A DNA stretch of 64,000 bases from an uncultured bacterium. Lineage in GTDB: Bacteria; Verrucomicrobiota; Lentisphaeria; Victivallales; UBA1829. Below, in pieces: positions 55,167-64,000 of the stretch. The stretch's first letter is position 1. Each line of letters starts with the position of its first letter. A model generated the notes under the pieces. The model saw only the letters and a list, made by a program, of their open reading frames with translations. It had not been told where the DNA came from and did no database searches. The translations under genes were made by a program, and so were the position numbers. The stretch spans positions 11,468-75,467 of the forward strand of contig CADCMR010000006.1 of assembly GCA_902802585.1 (NCBI GenBank), in the 5' to 3' direction.

Positions 55167-58100
55167 ATGGCTACGGATTTCGTGCATCTGCATTTACATA
55201 CGGACTACAGCCTGCTGGACGGCGCGTGCGCCATCTCGTGGGCGAAACTGAAGAAGGAAGACGCCGTGGGCAAGGTGGACTTGGTCACGATGGCGCAGGA
55301 ATACGGCATGAAGGCCTGCGCGATCACGGACCACGGGGTCATGGGCGGATGCTACGAGTTCCACAACGCCATGAAAAAGGCGGACATCAAGCCGATCATC
55401 GGGTGCGAGACGTACATCGCGCCCGGCAGCCGCCTGGAGAAACAGCCCGGCATCCCGAACATCAAGGGATTCCACCTGATCCTGCTGGCGAAGAACAACG
55501 TCGGCTACCACAACCTGTGTAAGCTCAATTCCGAAGCGCACATGACCGGGTTCTACTACAAGCCGCGCATTGACCGCGAACTCCTCGCGAAATACCACGA
55601 GGGCATCATCGGCATGAGCGCGTGCCTGCAGGGCGAGATCGACGTGGCGATCCTGCGCGGCGGCGTGGACGCCGGCCGCAAGGTGCTGTTCGACTACCTC
55701 GACCTCTTCGGCGGGAAGGAGAACTTCTGCCTGGAGCTCATGTACCACGGGATTGAGGACCAGAAGACCGTCAACCGGGGTTTGATCCAGCTCGCCCGCG
55801 AGAACGACGTCCGGCTGGTCGCCACGAACGACGTGCATTACCTGAAGAAGGAACATGCTCGTTCCCACGAGATCATGTTGTGCATCCAGACGCGGACCAC
55901 ACTGGACGACGAACGCCGCATGAAGATGGAGTACGACGAATTCTACTTCAAATCGGGCGACGAGATGATGCAGGTCTTCGGAACCGAGGTCCCGGACGCG
56001 ATCACGAACACGCTCGCGGTCGCCGAACAGTGCGACGTCGAGATCGGCTACGAGAACCACTATCCGGAATACACGCCGCCGCAGGAGTTCGTTGACACGC
56101 TCGACCTGAGCGCCATCCGCGTCGAAGCCGAACAGGAGATCGCCGACGAGATCGTGAAGGAGCATGAGAAGGAACCCGACAAGCCGCTCCCGGACGACGC
56201 CAAGCGTGCCAACCTCATCGAACGCCGCATCGTCATGAAGAAATCCGCCGCCTACCTCCGTAAAATCTGCCTGTACGGCACGGGTCGCGCGGACAGCGTG
56301 TGCGGCTACGAGAAGAAATACGGCTACGACCCGTTCAATCCGCCGGAGGACAAGAAGGAGGAGGCGAAACGCAACCTCGAACGCATGGACTTCGAGCTGT
56401 CGGTCATCAACCGCACGAAATATCCGAGCTACTTCCTCTGCGTGTGGGACTTCATCAACTGGGCGAAGGAGCACGGCATCCCGGTCGGGCCGGGGCGCGG
56501 CTCCGGCGCTGGCTCCATCGTGGCGTACCTGAGCGGCATCACAAACATCGACCCGATGAAATACGACCTGCTGTTCGAGCGATTCCTGAACCCGGACCGC
56601 GTGTCGCCGCCGGACTTCGACACGGACTTCTGCGAACGCCACCGCCAGGAGGTCATCGACTACGTGATCCGGAAGTACGGCGAGGACAGCGTCTCGCAGA
56701 TCGGCACGTACGGTACGCTGAAGGCGAAAGCCGTCGTGAAGGACGTCGCGCGCGTTCTCGGGCGCACCCCGGCGGAGGGCAACATGATCACGAAGCTCAT
56801 CCCGGAGGACCCGAAGATGACGCTCGCGAAAGCAGTCAAGGAATCACCCGAGCTCAAGGAACTGCTCGAAAAAGAGTCCTGGGTCCGCGACATCTTCGCG
56901 TACTGCGCCCCGATCGAACAGCTCAACCGCCAGATGGGCATCCACGCGTGCGGCGTCATCATCTGCAACCAGCCGCTCGCCGACCTCGTCCCGCTCGGAC
57001 GCGGCGCGCACGAGGAAGTCATCACGCAGTACGTCGCGCCGCTCTGCGAGAACATCGGACTGCTCAAGATGGACTTTCTCGGCCTCCGCACACTGACCGT
57101 GATCCAGGACGCCGTGGACAACGTGAAGCGCACGCGCGGCATCACGCTCGACATGGACACGATCCCGCTGGATGACCAGAAGACCTACGACCTCATCAAC
57201 CGGGGCGACACCGTCTCCGTGTTCCAGCTCGAATCCGGCGGCATGCAGGACCTCTGCCGCAAGTTCGGCGTGGAGAACCTCCGGCACATCATCGCGCTCG
57301 TGGCGCTCTACCGCCCCGGTCCGATGCAGTTCCTCGACCTCTTCGTCGGGCGCAAAAAAGGCACCATCCCGCTCGAATACGACCATCCGCTCATGGAGCA
57401 GTACCTGAAGGAAACGTACGGCATCATGCTTTACCAGGAGCAGATCATGCAGTGCGTGCAGGTGCTCGCCGGGTTCTCGCTCGGCCAGGCGGACATCCTC
57501 CGCCGCGCCATCGGCAAGAAGAAGATCAAGGACATGGAGGCGCAGCACGACAAATTCATCGACGGCTGCTCAAAAACGAACCAGATCCCGACGGCGCAGG
57601 CGGAACGCATCTGGGAAAACATCAAGAAGTTCGCCGAGTACGGGTTCAACAAGTCGCACAGCGCCGCCTACGCGCTCCTCTCCTACCGCACCGCGTACCT
57701 GAAAGCGAACTACCGCCCGGAATTCATGGCCGCCGTGCTCACCAGCGAACTCTCCAACGCCAAGAAGCTCACATTCCTCATCAACGAATGCCGCACCACC
57801 GGGATCCGCATCCTGCCGCCGGACGTGAACACCAGCGACGTGAACTTCACTGTGGACGGCGATGCCATCCGCTTCGGACTCGGCGCGATCAAGGGGTTCG
57901 GACAGGGCATCTCCGCCGCCATCATTGAGGCGCGCAAGGAAGGACCGTTCACTTCGATGGCGGACCTGGCGGAACGCACCGAGGGGCTGAACGCGAAGGG
58001 GCTTGAGGCGCTCATCCGCTGCGGCGCGCTCGACTCCACCGGCCTCAAGCGCTCCCAGCTCATCGCAATGATCGACTCCGCGCTGACGGCGGCGGCCGCC

Positions 58101-59015
58101 GCACGGCGCGACCGCGAATCCGGTCAGGCAAGCCTGTTCGACATGCTGGACGACCCGAAGGACGCGGGGCTTGAGGAGCAGGCTCCGCCGGATATCCCGG
58201 AGTTCCCGGACAACGAAATGCTGGAGGACGAGAAACAGCTCCTCGGATTCTATGTTTCCGGGCATCCGCTCTCCTCCTCGAAAAAGACCATCGACACGTT
58301 CTCCACGGCAAACCTCGCGGAAATCTCCCGGATGCCGGGCGACATCGGCGTCAAGTTCGGCGGTCTCGTGACCTCGGTCGCCAAGAAATACACCAAGAGC
58401 GACAGCAAGCCGTTCGCAATCGTCCAGATCGAGGACCTCACCGACACCATCGAGTGCGTCTGCTACAACCGCCTCTACATTGAGGTCAACCAGCTGCTCG
58501 CCGAGGGCGCTAAGGTGTTTGTCCGCGCCGTCACCAAGAGGAGCGGCGAGGAGGACGCCGAAGTCTCGCTTCAGCTCGAAGACGTGATCCCGCTGGAGGA
58601 CGCGCCGTTCTACAACGCCAGGACGCTGCAGGTCAATCTTTTCGAGGACGGCATGAAGCCGGACACCTGCGAAAAACTGCGCGCCCTGCTCGCGCGCCAC
58701 GCCACGCCGCCGCCCGAGCTTTTCCCGACAGGAACCGGGCAGGACGACGCGGAGGGCGGCATGAAGCGCAAAGGCGCGAAACAGAAGCAGGGGCCGGAGC
58801 CGGTTCCCGTGCTCATCTGCGCCGCCACGGCAGACCGTCTGGCGGCATTCATCGAACTTCCGCAGTCCGTGCGCGTCTACGTGTCCAGGGGGCTCCTGGA
58901 CGACCTCGACGCGCTGCTCGGGGCGAACCACTACACAGTCAAACCAAACGACGACGTCCCGCAACCGCGCCGCCAGTGGCGCCGGGACAAGGAATCCGAA
59001 CCGGCTTCCGCCTGA
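55167..59015 (+). CDS. dnaE: DNA polymerase III alpha subunit
   Basis: PHP domain (HLHLHTDYSLLDG, TDH, TNDVHY), GPGRGSGAGS, PDFDTDF, LLKMDFLGL, YGFNKSH and OB fold. Confidence 0.97.
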   Translation: MATDFVHLHLHTDYSLLDGACAISWAKLKKEDAVGKVDLVTMAQEYGMKACAITDHGVMGGCYEFHNAMKKADIKPIIGCETYIAPGSRLEKQPGIPNIKGFHLILLAKNNVGYHNLCKLNSEAHMTGFYYKPRIDRELLAKYHEGIIGMSACLQGEIDVAILRGGVDAGRKVLFDYLDLFGGKENFCLELMYHGIEDQKTVNRGLIQLARENDVRLVATNDVHYLKKEHARSHEIMLCIQTRTTLDDERRMKMEYDEFYFKSGDEMMQVFGTEVPDAITNTLAVAEQCDVEIGYENHYPEYTPPQEFVDTLDLSAIRVEAEQEIADEIVKEHEKEPDKPLPDDAKRANLIERRIVMKKSAAYLRKICLYGTGRADSVCGYEKKYGYDPFNPPEDKKEEAKRNLERMDFELSVINRTKYPSYFLCVWDFINWAKEHGIPVGPGRGSGAGSIVAYLSGITNIDPMKYDLLFERFLNPDRVSPPDFDTDFCERHRQEVIDYVIRKYGEDSVSQIGTYGTLKAKAVVKDVARVLGRTPAEGNMITKLIPEDPKMTLAKAVKESPELKELLEKESWVRDIFAYCAPIEQLNRQMGIHACGVIICNQPLADLVPLGRGAHEEVITQYVAPLCENIGLLKMDFLGLRTLTVIQDAVDNVKRTRGITLDMDTIPLDDQKTYDLINRGDTVSVFQLESGGMQDLCRKFGVENLRHIIALVALYRPGPMQFLDLFVGRKKGTIPLEYDHPLMEQYLKETYGIMLYQEQIMQCVQVLAGFSLGQADILRRAIGKKKIKDMEAQHDKFIDGCSKTNQIPTAQAERIWENIKKFAEYGFNKSHSAAYALLSYRTAYLKANYRPEFMAAVLTSELSNAKKLTFLINECRTTGIRILPPDVNTSDVNFTVDGDAIRFGLGAIKGFGQGISAAIIEARKEGPFTSMADLAERTEGLNAKGLEALIRCGALDSTGLKRSQLIAMIDSALTAAAAARRDRESGQASLFDMLDDPKDAGLEEQAPPDIPEFPDNEMLEDEKQLLGFYVSGHPLSSSKKTIDTFSTANLAEISRMPGDIGVKFGGLVTSVAKKYTKSDSKPFAIVQIEDLTDTIECVCYNRLYIEVNQLLAEGAKVFVRAVTKRSGEEDAEVSLQLEDVIPLEDAPFYNARTLQVNLFEDGMKPDTCEKLRALLARHATPPPELFPTGTGQDDAEGGMKRKGAKQKQGPEPVPVLICAATADRLAAFIELPQSVRVYVSRGLLDDLDALLGANHYTVKPNDDVPQPRRQWRRDKESEPASA

Positions 59016-59034
59016 CGCACATGGAGAGCCCCGC

Positions 59035-60639
59035 ATGACCAGTACGATCCGCACCATCCTGATCCTTCCGCTCTGCACGGTCCTGTTCGCCGCATCCGGC
59101 GTCCTCCTTCACGCCGCCCCGATCAAAAAGCTCCCGGACGAGCCGGAGGAACCCGCGTCCGCCGTCAAAAAGCTCCCGGACGGGGAGGAAAAGCCGTCCG
59201 CCGGAGCGGAGGGGCGGACGGAGGAAAGCGAAGCGAAACCCGCGAAGACCGAAGCCGAGGCGATCAGGGAGATTACGAACCGCCTCGACAAGATGATCTA
59301 TCCGTACAAGCCGCTTCAGCGCAGCCGCGAACCGATCCTGAACCGCGCGCTTTCCGACGAGGTCATCCCGTCCTGGCGCCTGATCTACGTGAAGCCCTTC
59401 GACAAGCCGCAGGACGCGAACACGGCGGAGGCGCCCGCCGCGCCTGCGGAAACGGCGGACGACGACGAGGACGAGAAGGAGGATTTCGCCGCGGTCACGC
59501 TGATTCCGGTCAAATCCATCCGCCTGTCCAACGCACTGCGCCTCAGCGCCGTGGGGAAGCCGGAGGAGACGAGCCTCCAGCAGCTTTTCTTCACGAAGTA
59601 CGGAATCATGTGGCGCAAGCTCCAAACGCAGTACGAGAACTACACGCTCTACCTCGGCGCCACGGATGACTTCCACGTGTTCGCCTCCGCCAACATCGGC
59701 GTCATCTACACGCTTTTCCGCAACGTCAAAATGAGCGGCGGCACCGATCTGATCACCCTGCTCGTGGATTGCCTGGACATTGAGGACGAGGAGTATTTCA
59801 CGAACCGGTTCGCGCTCGTGCACCTGGCGGAGTTCAAGGACGCCTCGATCCCCGCCCTGCAGCGCGCCATCAAGCGCATTGCGGCCTCGGGTCAGCCCCC
59901 GATCCAGCAGTTCCTCGGTCTCACGAACATCGCCTCGCCCAAGGCGTTCGAACTGCTCAACGAGGCGGCGGATTCCGCGGACGCCCAGATCCGCGACGCG
60001 GCGTTCACGGCGATGATCGGAATGCCGACCGTGTACAAGGAGCTGAAGCATTCGTACGTCCGTATGGTCGAATCGCGCGAAAAGGTCTGGGCGGGATTCG
60101 CCGCCTGCGACCTCCTCGGCTGCGCCAAGGAGCTTTCCCCGATGCTGGACGCCTACTACGCGAAACCCCGGTCCGTGGCGGAATTCGAGGCCGTCGCCCG
60201 CGCCCGCTGGCTGCTCAAGGACCCGGACCTGAACCTCGTGCACACCAGGGCGCTGAACGAGATCACCATCGCGTCCATCCGCGGCGGCGAAATCGCGAAC
60301 TCACCGCAGTTCCGCAACGTGCAGGAGACGGACGCCTCCCGCAACGCGCGTCTTCAGGTCGAAGACGAGAAGCGCATCGCGTCCGCGAAGGAAGCCATCC
60401 TGAAAGCTCCCCAGACCGACCTCAGCGTCTGCGCAGGAATCGAACTCGTCATGTTCACCACCAAGGACAAGCGCGTCTCCACGCAGTACATCCGCCGCGT
60501 GAACCAGGTCGGCATCGACATCCTCCGCGCGCTCCCGCGCCAGGAGACGCTCCGCTACTTGGACGCCATGATCCGCTACAATGAATCCGTCCCGGAAGCG
60601 GAAAAGCTGTCCGACATCCGCGCCAGGATGGGGAAATAG
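59035..60639 (+). CDS. Hypothetical exported protein with HEAT-like helical region
   Basis: Signal peptide, low-complexity acidic N-terminus, and ASPKAFELLNEAADSADAQIRDAAFTAM, which resembles a HEAT repeat. Confidence 0.7.
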   Translation: MTSTIRTILILPLCTVLFAASGVLLHAAPIKKLPDEPEEPASAVKKLPDGEEKPSAGAEGRTEESEAKPAKTEAEAIREITNRLDKMIYPYKPLQRSREPILNRALSDEVIPSWRLIYVKPFDKPQDANTAEAPAAPAETADDDEDEKEDFAAVTLIPVKSIRLSNALRLSAVGKPEETSLQQLFFTKYGIMWRKLQTQYENYTLYLGATDDFHVFASANIGVIYTLFRNVKMSGGTDLITLLVDCLDIEDEEYFTNRFALVHLAEFKDASIPALQRAIKRIAASGQPPIQQFLGLTNIASPKAFELLNEAADSADAQIRDAAFTAMIGMPTVYKELKHSYVRMVESREKVWAGFAACDLLGCAKELSPMLDAYYAKPRSVAEFEAVARARWLLKDPDLNLVHTRALNEITIASIRGGEIANSPQFRNVQETDASRNARLQVEDEKRIASAKEAILKAPQTDLSVCAGIELVMFTTKDKRVSTQYIRRVNQVGIDILRALPRQETLRYLDAMIRYNESVPEAEKLSDIRARMGK

Positions 60640-60773
60640 GCTTTTTTTCCATGTGCTTTAGACATTTATCTAAAAAAACCATCCGGCGCGTTTGAAAAAT
60701 AAAAAACAGCGTGTAAAGTATTAAGATATTTTATATACGTCAACCACTATCAAAACAATCAGGAACGGAGCGA

Positions 60774-62015
60774 ATGATTCCCGTCGTCATTACAGGCCGT
60801 GGTCTGATCACCCCGATCGGGCTGAGTCTGGCCGAAAACTTGGAGTCGCTGAAAACCGGAAAAAGCGGAATCAGGCGCGATCCGTACTGGCAGGAACTTA
60901 ATCTGGACTCGCAGGTCGCCGGAACGGTGAACCTCGACGGATTCGAATGCCCCGCGTTCGACCGCAAACAGCTCCGCTTCATGCCGCACAGCGCACGCAT
61001 GGCGGTGGCGGCGGCCTACGAGGCGATCACCGAGGCTGGCTACACAATGCAGGACCTCCCCGGCTCGAAAATGGCGGTGATCACCGGATGCGGCGGCAGC
61101 AGCTACTCCGAGTATTTCCACTCCATCCAGACCTACGAAAGAACGCACTCCACGCGCAAGATTTCCCCGTTCAGCATTCCGCGCATCATGCCGTCGTCCG
61201 CCGTCGCAAACCTCTCGCTCGTCTACAAGATCGGCGGCGAAAGCTACGACGTCAGCTGCGCCTGCACCAGCGGCGCCGTGGCGCTCATCCAGGCGTTCCG
61301 CCTGATTCAGTCCGGCGCATACGACATCGTGATGGCGGGCGGCTGCGAGGAACTCTGCTGGCAGCAGGCCGTCGGGTTCGGCGCGATGCACGCGCTGGCG
61401 CACAATTTCAACGAAGAGCCGGAGAAGGCAAGCCGTCCGTTCGACAAGCAGCGCACCGGCTTCGTGCTTTCCGAGGCAGCCGGCATCATGATCCTGGAGA
61501 GCGAAGCCCACGCGAAGGCGCGCGGCGCAAAAACCTACGGCAAGATCAGCGGCTACGCCTGCAACAGCAACGCCTGCGACATGGTCGCGCCCAGCCGCGA
61601 AGTCTCCGCCGCGGTCATGTCCGACGCCATCGCGAACGCCCACCTCAAGCCGTCCGACATCGACTACGTCAACACGCACGGCACGGGCACGCCGGTCGGC
61701 GACCCCGTCGAAGTCGACGCCCTCAAGACCGTGTTCCACGACTGCGGCGCATCCCCGATGGTCAACAGCACCAAGTCCATGACCGGGCATCCGATCGGGG
61801 CGGCGGGCGCGATCGAGCTTATTTTCTGCTCGCAGATGATCGAGCATTCCTTCGTCAGCCCATCCATCAACGCGGACGACATCGAGGAGTCCATGCTTTG
61901 GGCGGACATCGTGCGCACGCCGCGCATGAACGTCCCGATCCGCCACGCGCTCAGCAACAGCTTCGGTTTCGGCGGCACAAACGCCGCGATCATCATTTCC
62001 CGCGACGACGCCTGA
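60774..62015 (+). CDS. Beta-ketoacyl-ACP synthase (FabF/FabB)
   Basis: VVITG.G..TPIG, CACTSG (catalytic Cys), SRPFD, NTHGTGT..GD, STKSMTGH and SNSFGFGGTN motifs. Confidence 0.95.
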   Translation: MIPVVITGRGLITPIGLSLAENLESLKTGKSGIRRDPYWQELNLDSQVAGTVNLDGFECPAFDRKQLRFMPHSARMAVAAAYEAITEAGYTMQDLPGSKMAVITGCGGSSYSEYFHSIQTYERTHSTRKISPFSIPRIMPSSAVANLSLVYKIGGESYDVSCACTSGAVALIQAFRLIQSGAYDIVMAGGCEELCWQQAVGFGAMHALAHNFNEEPEKASRPFDKQRTGFVLSEAAGIMILESEAHAKARGAKTYGKISGYACNSNACDMVAPSREVSAAVMSDAIANAHLKPSDIDYVNTHGTGTPVGDPVEVDALKTVFHDCGASPMVNSTKSMTGHPIGAAGAIELIFCSQMIEHSFVSPSINADDIEESMLWADIVRTPRMNVPIRHALSNSFGFGGTNAAIIISRDDA

Positions 62016-62025
62016 GGCCGGTTTC

Positions 62026-63045
62026 ATGCCCCCGGGGCTTTATCCGCCGGGCGCGGCCGTCATGGCGCCAATCGCCGGGCACACCGACATCCCGTTCCGC
62101 CGCATGGTACGGCGTTTCGGCTGCCGCCATGCGTTCACCGAAATGATCGATACCGGGTCCCTCGTGTTCCAGGGGGAGAAAACGCTCCGGCTCGCGCAGC
62201 GCGGGTCCGACGCGGGCTTCCTCGGCATCCAGCTGGTCGGCTCCGACCTCCCCACGCTCAAACGTGCCGCGGAAATCATTAACGATATGGATTTCGACGT
62301 GCTGGATTTCAACCTCGGCTGCCCCGCGCCGAAAGTCGCCCGCAAATGCGAGGGGATCCGCTTCGCGCTGGAGAATCCGGACGGAGCCGTCCGCGCGTTC
62401 GAAACGCTCGTTTCCGCCTCGCGCCTGCCCGTCACCGCCAAGACGCGGATTCAGGACGAATCCGATCCCGCTCCGACCGTCGCGTTCTGCCGCCGCCTGC
62501 GCGACGCGGGCGCAAAAGCCATCACGATCCACGGCCGCCTCATGCGGAATTTCTATTCCGGACCCGTGTTTTATCAGATCATTTCCGCGGTCCGCGAATC
62601 GCTCGACATCCCCGTGGTCGCCAACGGCGGAGCAATGGACGGCGCATCGTTCCGCACGCTTCTGCGGGAAACGGGGTGTTCCGCCGGCATGGTCGCGCGC
62701 GGCGCGCTCGGCAATCCGTGGATTTTCCGGGAGATCGCCGACCCGTCCGCGCCGCCGCCGGACGTGGCGGAGTTCACGGAGACCATCCGCGTGTACATGG
62801 AGGACATGCTGGACTGCTACGGACCGGAGTTCGCGTACGTCGTGGCGCGGAAATCCCTGCTGGAGTTTCTAAGGGGACGCGGCTACCCCGGCGCGCTTCG
62901 GGCATCTATTTCTTATCTGGATTCCGCCGACGCACTGCAACGGCTGCTCGACGCGGTCGCGGCGGGTCCGACCGAACGCTACCTGGAGAATCTGGTTCTT
63001 CATCCAGAGTCCGTCGAACGGAAACTCGTCCGAAGCCATTCGTAA
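62026..63045 (+). CDS. tRNA-dihydrouridine synthase (DusB-like)
   Basis: MAPIAG.TD.PFR, FTEM, DFNLGCP, HGR, VANG and MVARGALGNPWIF motifs. Confidence 0.92.
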   Translation: MPPGLYPPGAAVMAPIAGHTDIPFRRMVRRFGCRHAFTEMIDTGSLVFQGEKTLRLAQRGSDAGFLGIQLVGSDLPTLKRAAEIINDMDFDVLDFNLGCPAPKVARKCEGIRFALENPDGAVRAFETLVSASRLPVTAKTRIQDESDPAPTVAFCRRLRDAGAKAITIHGRLMRNFYSGPVFYQIISAVRESLDIPVVANGGAMDGASFRTLLRETGCSAGMVARGALGNPWIFREIADPSAPPPDVAEFTETIRVYMEDMLDCYGPEFAYVVARKSLLEFLRGRGYPGALRASISYLDSADALQRLLDAVAAGPTERYLENLVLHPESVERKLVRSHS

Positions 63046-63096
63046 AAAACTGGGAGACGAAGAATCGATATTCCGCACCGCGGCGTCTGTTCCGGC

Positions 63097-63585
63097 TCAG
63101 CCGCGGCGTCTGTTTGCGATGGCGCGCCGCATGTCCATGTCGTCCTGTTTGCGGCGGAGCGTCTCGCGTTTGTCGCCGAAGGTCTTGCCTCGGGCGAGAC
63201 CGAGCTCAACCTTCACGTGCATGCCCTTCAAATACATTTTCAGGGGAATGAGCGCGTAGCCTTTTTCCTTGACCTTGTTTGCGAGGCGCAGGATTTCCTT
63301 TTTGTGCATCAGGAGCTTGCGGGGGCGTTTCGCCTCGTGGTTGAACCGGTTGCCGAACGAATACAGCGAGATGTGGATCCCGTAGGCGAGGAGCTCGCCG
63401 TTCTCGATCCGGGCGAAACAGTCCTGGAGCTGGACGCTGTGGCCGCGGCAGCTTTTGACTTCGGTCCCGACTAGCACGATCCCCGCCTCGCAGGTCTCGA
63501 TGATCTCGTAGTCATGGAACGCCTTGCGGTTGCGCGCGATGACGGGATCGTTGCTGTTTTTGTCTTTGTTCTTTGCCGAAGCCAT
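63097..63585 (-). CDS. smpB: SsrA-binding protein
   Basis: NRKAFHDY, EAGIVLVGTEVKS, RKLLMHKKEI and GK...DKRE motifs. Confidence 0.97.
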   Translation of the reverse strand: MASAKNKDKNSNDPVIARNRKAFHDYEIIETCEAGIVLVGTEVKSCRGHSVQLQDCFARIENGELLAYGIHISLYSFGNRFNHEAKRPRKLLMHKKEILRLANKVKEKGYALIPLKMYLKGMHVKVELGLARGKTFGDKRETLRRKQDDMDMRRAIANRRRG

Positions 63586-63603
63586 GGTGCTTGTCCGGTC
63601 CGG

Positions 63604-64000
63604 TTATGTGTGCAGGAACTTCGCGGCTTTCGCGCGGAATTCCGCCTGTTTCGGGTAGTTCGCGCCGGTCAGGCCGAGCGACGCGATCGTCTTCTGCTGT
63701 TCGGGGGTCAGCCCGGACGGGATTTCCACGAGGATGCGGACGATCTGGTCGCCGCGCGCTCCGCCCTTCAGCGCGGGCACGCCCTTGCCGCGCAGGCGCA
63801 GCATCGTGCCGTTCTGCGTGCCGGGGGCGATCTTCATGCGGGTGCGACCGGAAACGGTCGGCACGTCCACGACGCCACCCTGGAGCGCGCATTCGAGCGT
63901 GATCGGCAGTTCACAGACCAGGTCCTGCCCCTTGCGTTCGAAGACGGGATGCGGGCGCAGTCCGATGATGACGTAGAGGTTGCCCGCCGGACCGCCGCCC
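63604..64000 (-). CDS. dnaJ: Chaperone DnaJ, C-terminal part (5' end outside window)
   Basis: GGPAGNLYV, HPVFERKGQDL, PGTQNG..LRLRGKGVP and RGDQIV motifs. Confidence 0.92.
   Translation of the reverse strand, partial: GGGPAGNLYVIIGLRPHPVFERKGQDLVCELPITLECALQGGVVDVPTVSGRTRMKIAPGTQNGTMLRLRGKGVPALKGGARGDQIVRILVEIPSGLTPEQQKTIASLGLTGANYPKQAEFRAKAAKFLHT

Noticed and set aside
56080-56350. Intein in dnaE
   Set aside because: The insert is short and lacks C/S-start, HN-C end and LAGLIDADG motifs.
63046-63603. tmRNA near smpB
   Set aside because: Intergenic spaces are too short and lack tRNA-like ends.

Overview
GC-rich bacterial chromosomal segment from an anaerobe. Gene content and protein styles suggest a PVC-superphylum organism such as Lentisphaerota/Victivallales; this is inference and was not tested. 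Most of the window is housekeeping: rpsD 3' end, hisG, aas, queC-queE-folE, thyX, topA, ispD, mraY, purM, rph, SRP RNA, accD, comF, dprA, aroB, hisA/hisH, 5-FCL-rny, trimeric [FeFe]-hydrogenase hydABC, dnaE, fabF/B, dus, smpB and the dnaJ 3' end. Accessory content includes a HigBA-type toxin-antitoxin pair, two tandem paralog pairs of unknown membrane proteins, three GT-C-type glycosyltransferases, a GH9, an Arg/Orn/Lys decarboxylase-antiporter operon and an MGT-family glycosyltransferase. No transposase, integrase, cas gene or phage gene was recognised. The most unusual signals are: (1) a 102-bp unit repeated at a 150-bp period upstream of dnaE, carrying a perfect 16-8-16 (loxP/FRT-like) palindrome; (2) a topoisomerase I whose zinc ribbons are replaced by three copies of an unrecognised ~60-aa repeat; (3) a two-state, SD-sequestering RNA leader on the antiporter-decarboxylase operon; (4) a 6S-RNA-like rod upstream of 5-FCL-rny; (5) an isolated tRNA T-loop hairpin. 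All folds and alignments were done by eye.
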